A stretch of DNA of 31,302 nt, taken from Thermodesulfobacteriota bacterium (GTDB lineage Bacteria > Desulfobacterota_D > UBA1144 > Nemesobacterales > N074bin48). Below the pieces are notes generated by a model. It saw nothing but the letters and a program-made list of their open reading frames with translations. It had not been told where the DNA came from and did not search any database. The translations under genes were made by a program, and so were the position numbers. Within the stretch, counting starts at the first letter, position 1, and every line of letters begins with the position of its first letter. Positions 28,036 to 31,302 of the stretch are shown here, one piece after another. Location: contig JBFFSH010000027.1 in assembly GCA_041572575.1 (NCBI GenBank), positions 1 through 31,302 on the forward strand, given 5' to 3'.

Positions 28036-31000
28036 TAGAAAAGATAATAGAGTATTCCGCAAAAAATAAATTTATAACAATCCTGGGAGTCCTTTTTATC
28101 TCGGCATGGGGATTTTGGGCCATGAGCAACACTCCTCTCGACGCAATACCCGATCTTTCCGATGCTCAGGTAATAGTATTTACAGAGTGGAAAGGCAGGA
28201 GTCCTGACCTTGTAGAGGATCAGATTTCTTATCCTATTGTTACAACAATGATTGCTGCGCCAAATGTTAAATTTGTAAGAGGCCAGTCATTCTTCGGACT
28301 TTCTTTTGTCTATATAATTTTTGAAGACGGTACGGACATTTACTGGGCAAGAAGCAGGGTGTTAGAGTATCTGAACCAGGTCTCGGGAAAGCTTCCTGAA
28401 GGAGTTAATCCCACACTGGGTCCGGATGCTACGGGTGTGGGATGGGTTTATCAGTATGCGCTTGTGGATGAAAGCGGAAATAACGATCTGTCTGATTTAC
28501 GCACTTTTCAGGACTGGTATCTGCGCTACTGGCTTGAATCTGTCCCGGGTGTAGCAGAGGTAGCAAGCGTGGGAGGATTTGAAAAACAGTATCAGGTAGA
28601 GATTGATCCCAATAAGCTTGTAGCTTACGATATACCGCTTAATAAAATAATTTCTGCTATTAGAAGGAGCAATAATGATGTGGGGGGAAGAGTAGTAGAA
28701 TTTGCCTCGACAGAATATTTTGTAAGAGGCAGGGGGTATATCAAATCCACTTCGGATATAGAAAAAATACCGGTAGGAGTAGGAAAAGACGGTACTCCGA
28801 TTTATATAAGAGATATTGCAGATGTTCATATGGGCCCTGAAATCAGAAGAGGGCTTGCCGAATTAAACGGTAAAGGTGAGGCGGTAGGCGGTATAGTAGT
28901 AATGCGCTACGGAGAAAATGCCTTAGAAGTGATAAGTAACATTAAGGCAAAAATACAAGAGATACAGCCATCTTTACCCAAAGGAGTTAAAATTGTAACC
29001 ACATACGACCGCTCCGGTCTAATAAACCGCGCAATTGATACACTAAAGGGGAAATTAATAGAAGAAATCATCATTGTAAGCATAGTAATTATTATATTTC
29101 TATTTCATCTAAGAAGCGCAGCAGTTCCCATTCTAACTATCCCCTTTGCAGTACTAATGGCATTTATACCGATGTTTTACCTTAAGAATACATCAAACAT
29201 CATGTCCCTCGGCGGTATAGCCATAGCAATTGGCGCCATGGTTGATGCGTCTATTGTTCTTGTGGAAAATGTACATAAGAGGCTAGAGGGTAAGATTCTT
29301 GGTGATAATCAACAAAAGAGAACCGAAATAATTATAGATGCCATGAAAGAGGTAGGAAAGCCCATATTTTTTGCTCTTCTCATAATAACGATATCATTTC
29401 TGCCAATATTTACTTTGGAAGCACAGGAAGGAAGGCTATTCAGGCCACTTGCATATACAAAGACATTCTCTATGTTTTTTGCATCCCTTCTTGCTATTAC
29501 TCTTACCCCAGCGCTTATTGTTTTGTTTATTAAAGGTGAGATTAAATCTGAAGAAAACAATCCGATTAACAGGTTTTTAATAAAAATGTATGATCCTGTT
29601 GTAAGATTTGCTCTAAAATTCAAAACTGCTGTAATAGTTGTCTCTGTCCTGATATTAATAGTCACTTATCTTCCCTACAAAAAACTTGGCGAAGAATTTA
29701 TGCCGCCTCTTAATGAAGGCAGCATCCTTTATATGCCAACAGCCGTACCGGGGATGTCAATAACAGAAGCATCAAAAATTCTTCATATTCAGGATAAAAT
29801 GCTCATGAAATTTCCTGAGGTACAGACAGTATTCGGGAAAATCGGAAGGGCCAAGACAGCTACTGACCCAGCTCCGCTCAGTATGGTTGAAACAGTTATC
29901 ACTTTAAAGCCGGAGAAAGAGTGGAGGGCTGGAATGACCTGGGACAAGCTTATATCTGAGATGAATACGACAATGAAATTTCCGGGAATGGCAAATATTT
30001 TCTGGATGCCCATTCAAACAAGAACCGAGATGCTATCAACTGGTTTTAGAAGTAATCTTGGTATTAAAGTATTCGGTCCGGATCTGAATATTATTGAAAA
30101 TATCGGAATTGAGATTGAAAAAATTCTTACCGAAGTTCCTGGTACAAGAAGTGTTTTTGCTGACAGGGTTACAGGCGGATATTTTATGGATTTCAATATA
30201 AGCCGGGAGAGAGCAGCCAGGTATGGTCTCACGGTGGGTGATGTCGAAGATGTAATAGAAAGTGCTATTGGAGGTAAGAATATATCACACACTGTAGAAG
30301 GTCAGGAAAGATATCCTATCAATGTCAGATATCAAAGGGGGTTCAGGAACGATCTTGAGGCGCTTGGCAGTGTGCTTGTATCAAGCCCAACAGGAGTAAA
30401 TGTTCCTCTTTCATTATTAACGGATATAAAATTTACAACCGGCGCACCACAGATAAGAAACGAGGACGGGCAGAAAGTTGGCTTTGTAAATGTCGATGTC
30501 TCAGACGGCGACTATGCCGGATTTGTTGATAAAGCACAAAAAACTATTAATGAAAAAATTTCACTTCCTAAAGGCTATAAGCTCGAGTGGGCCGGTCAGT
30601 ATGAATATTTGCAAAGGGTTAAAGAAAAATTAAGTTATGTGGTTCCTGTTACGATTCTAATAATTTTCATTCTGCTATTTCTCAATTTTAACTCGTTAAT
30701 TGAGTCATTGATTGTACTCCTGTCGGTACCGTTTTCTCTGGTAGGAAGCATATGGTTTCTAAGTATCCTCGGATACAATTTAAGTATAGCTGTCTGGGTA
30801 GGAATAATAGCCCTTGCAGGTCTTGCCGCTCAGACAGGAGTAGTGATGATCATATATTTGGATGAGTTTTATGATAAAATGGTTGCCGAAGGAAAGGTTA
30901 GCCTGAAAAATCTCGAGCAGGCCATACACGATGGTGCGGTGCAAAGAGTTAGGCCAAAGATGATGACGGTGATGGCTCTTATTATGGGTCTATTACCACT

Positions 31001-31166
31001 TATGTGGAGTCATGGCACGGGAGCTGATGTTATGAAAAGAATTGCAGCACCTATGGTAGGCGGGCTTGTTACATCAACTATTCTTACTCTTGTAATAATC
31101 CCTGTAATATATGCAATTTGGAGGGGCAGGGAATTAGATAAACATATAGAGAAAACTAAATTATAA
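28032..31166 (+). CDS. cusA: CusA/SilA-type Cu(I)/Ag(I) RND efflux transporter
   Basis: PLDAIPDLSD, LGPDATGVGWVYQY, GAMVDA, EFMPPLNEG..LYMP, DPAPLSMVET, RVRPKMMT, MKRIAAPMVGG. Confidence 0.96.
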   Translation: MIEKIIEYSAKNKFITILGVLFISAWGFWAMSNTPLDAIPDLSDAQVIVFTEWKGRSPDLVEDQISYPIVTTMIAAPNVKFVRGQSFFGLSFVYIIFEDGTDIYWARSRVLEYLNQVSGKLPEGVNPTLGPDATGVGWVYQYALVDESGNNDLSDLRTFQDWYLRYWLESVPGVAEVASVGGFEKQYQVEIDPNKLVAYDIPLNKIISAIRRSNNDVGGRVVEFASTEYFVRGRGYIKSTSDIEKIPVGVGKDGTPIYIRDIADVHMGPEIRRGLAELNGKGEAVGGIVVMRYGENALEVISNIKAKIQEIQPSLPKGVKIVTTYDRSGLINRAIDTLKGKLIEEIIIVSIVIIIFLFHLRSAAVPILTIPFAVLMAFIPMFYLKNTSNIMSLGGIAIAIGAMVDASIVLVENVHKRLEGKILGDNQQKRTEIIIDAMKEVGKPIFFALLIITISFLPIFTLEAQEGRLFRPLAYTKTFSMFFASLLAITLTPALIVLFIKGEIKSEENNPINRFLIKMYDPVVRFALKFKTAVIVVSVLILIVTYLPYKKLGEEFMPPLNEGSILYMPTAVPGMSITEASKILHIQDKMLMKFPEVQTVFGKIGRAKTATDPAPLSMVETVITLKPEKEWRAGMTWDKLISEMNTTMKFPGMANIFWMPIQTRTEMLSTGFRSNLGIKVFGPDLNIIENIGIEIEKILTEVPGTRSVFADRVTGGYFMDFNISRERAARYGLTVGDVEDVIESAIGGKNISHTVEGQERYPINVRYQRGFRNDLEALGSVLVSSPTGVNVPLSLLTDIKFTTGAPQIRNEDGQKVGFVNVDVSDGDYAGFVDKAQKTINEKISLPKGYKLEWAGQYEYLQRVKEKLSYVVPVTILIIFILLFLNFNSLIESLIVLLSVPFSLVGSIWFLSILGYNLSIAVWVGIIALAGLAAQTGVVMIIYLDEFYDKMVAEGKVSLKNLEQAIHDGAVQRVRPKMMTVMALIMGLLPLMWSHGTGADVMKRIAAPMVGGLVTSTILTLVIIPVIYAIWRGRELDKHIEKTKL

Positions 31167-31302
31167 GGAGCTCGCATAGGACAGCAAAGTATACTAAGCT
31201 GAAACTATGCAAAAGAAGTTACTTAAGAATACAAAACTATCAAATAGTAAGATAAGCAAGCTAATACAAATGTTTGTATTGGAAGTGCCGGCATGTAAAG
31301 CG
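31167..31302 (+). mobile_element. IS1595-family (IS1016-like) insertion sequence, left end (truncated by window edge)
   Basis: Starts GGAGCTCGCATAGGACAGC immediately after the cusA stop; identical inverted copy at window start. Confidence 0.8.
31207..31302 (+). CDS. IS1595-family transposase, N-terminal fragment
   Basis: MQKKLLKNTKLSNSKISKLIQMFVLEVPACKA, open to the window end; resembles IS1016 transposase start (..KLIELFVAGVTARTA). Not in the ORF track. Confidence 0.75.
   Translation, partial: MQKKLLKNTKLSNSKISKLIQMFVLEVPACKA

Noticed and set aside
103..30292. Numerous short antisense or alternate-frame ORFs in the track (e.g. 103..345, 10566..10922, 12353..12757, 18377..18754, 29309..29665)
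   Set aside because: They are shadows of well-supported genes, with no motifs or RBS support.
31263..31302. Hairpin AATACAAA-tg-TTTGTATT and GTGCCGGCATG as IS200/IS605 end or group II intron start
   Set aside because: Both lie inside the open transposase-like frame. The loop is only 2 nt and the intron 5' GUGYG consensus is not met.

Overview
AT-rich bacterial chromosomal segment; the gene mix loosely suggests a Dadabacteria/Desulfobacterota-like organism, which is an unverified impression. Both ends are identical, inverted left ends of an IS1595-family (IS1016-like) element, which probably explains the contig breaks. Bases ~200-6600 hold an accessory copper/redox cluster downstream of a tRNA-Ser(TGA). 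In it, a PAS-GAF sigma54 activator sits between two operons (DUF4142-cupredoxin-ECF sigma and cupin-YHS) that share a matching sigma54 promoter, IHF-like box and palindromic enhancer. A divergent His-rich helical protein and second cupredoxin follow. The middle is mostly core genes: archease-rtcB-serS-DUF6498-MoxR-vWA-tRNA-Ser, MBL hydrolase, thioesterase, PUR-domain protein, a triple beta-sandwich repeat exported protein, mutL-gmhA-yacG-efp, a nitroreductase-like protein, mltD, ogg and tag. The right end is a cusCBA-type RND operon preceded by a Cys/His/Met leader ORF and a 13-bp anti-Shine-Dalgarno stem that would hide the cusC RBS. The two best candidates for undescribed systems are this leader-peptide switch and the sigma54-to-ECF copper/redox regulon.
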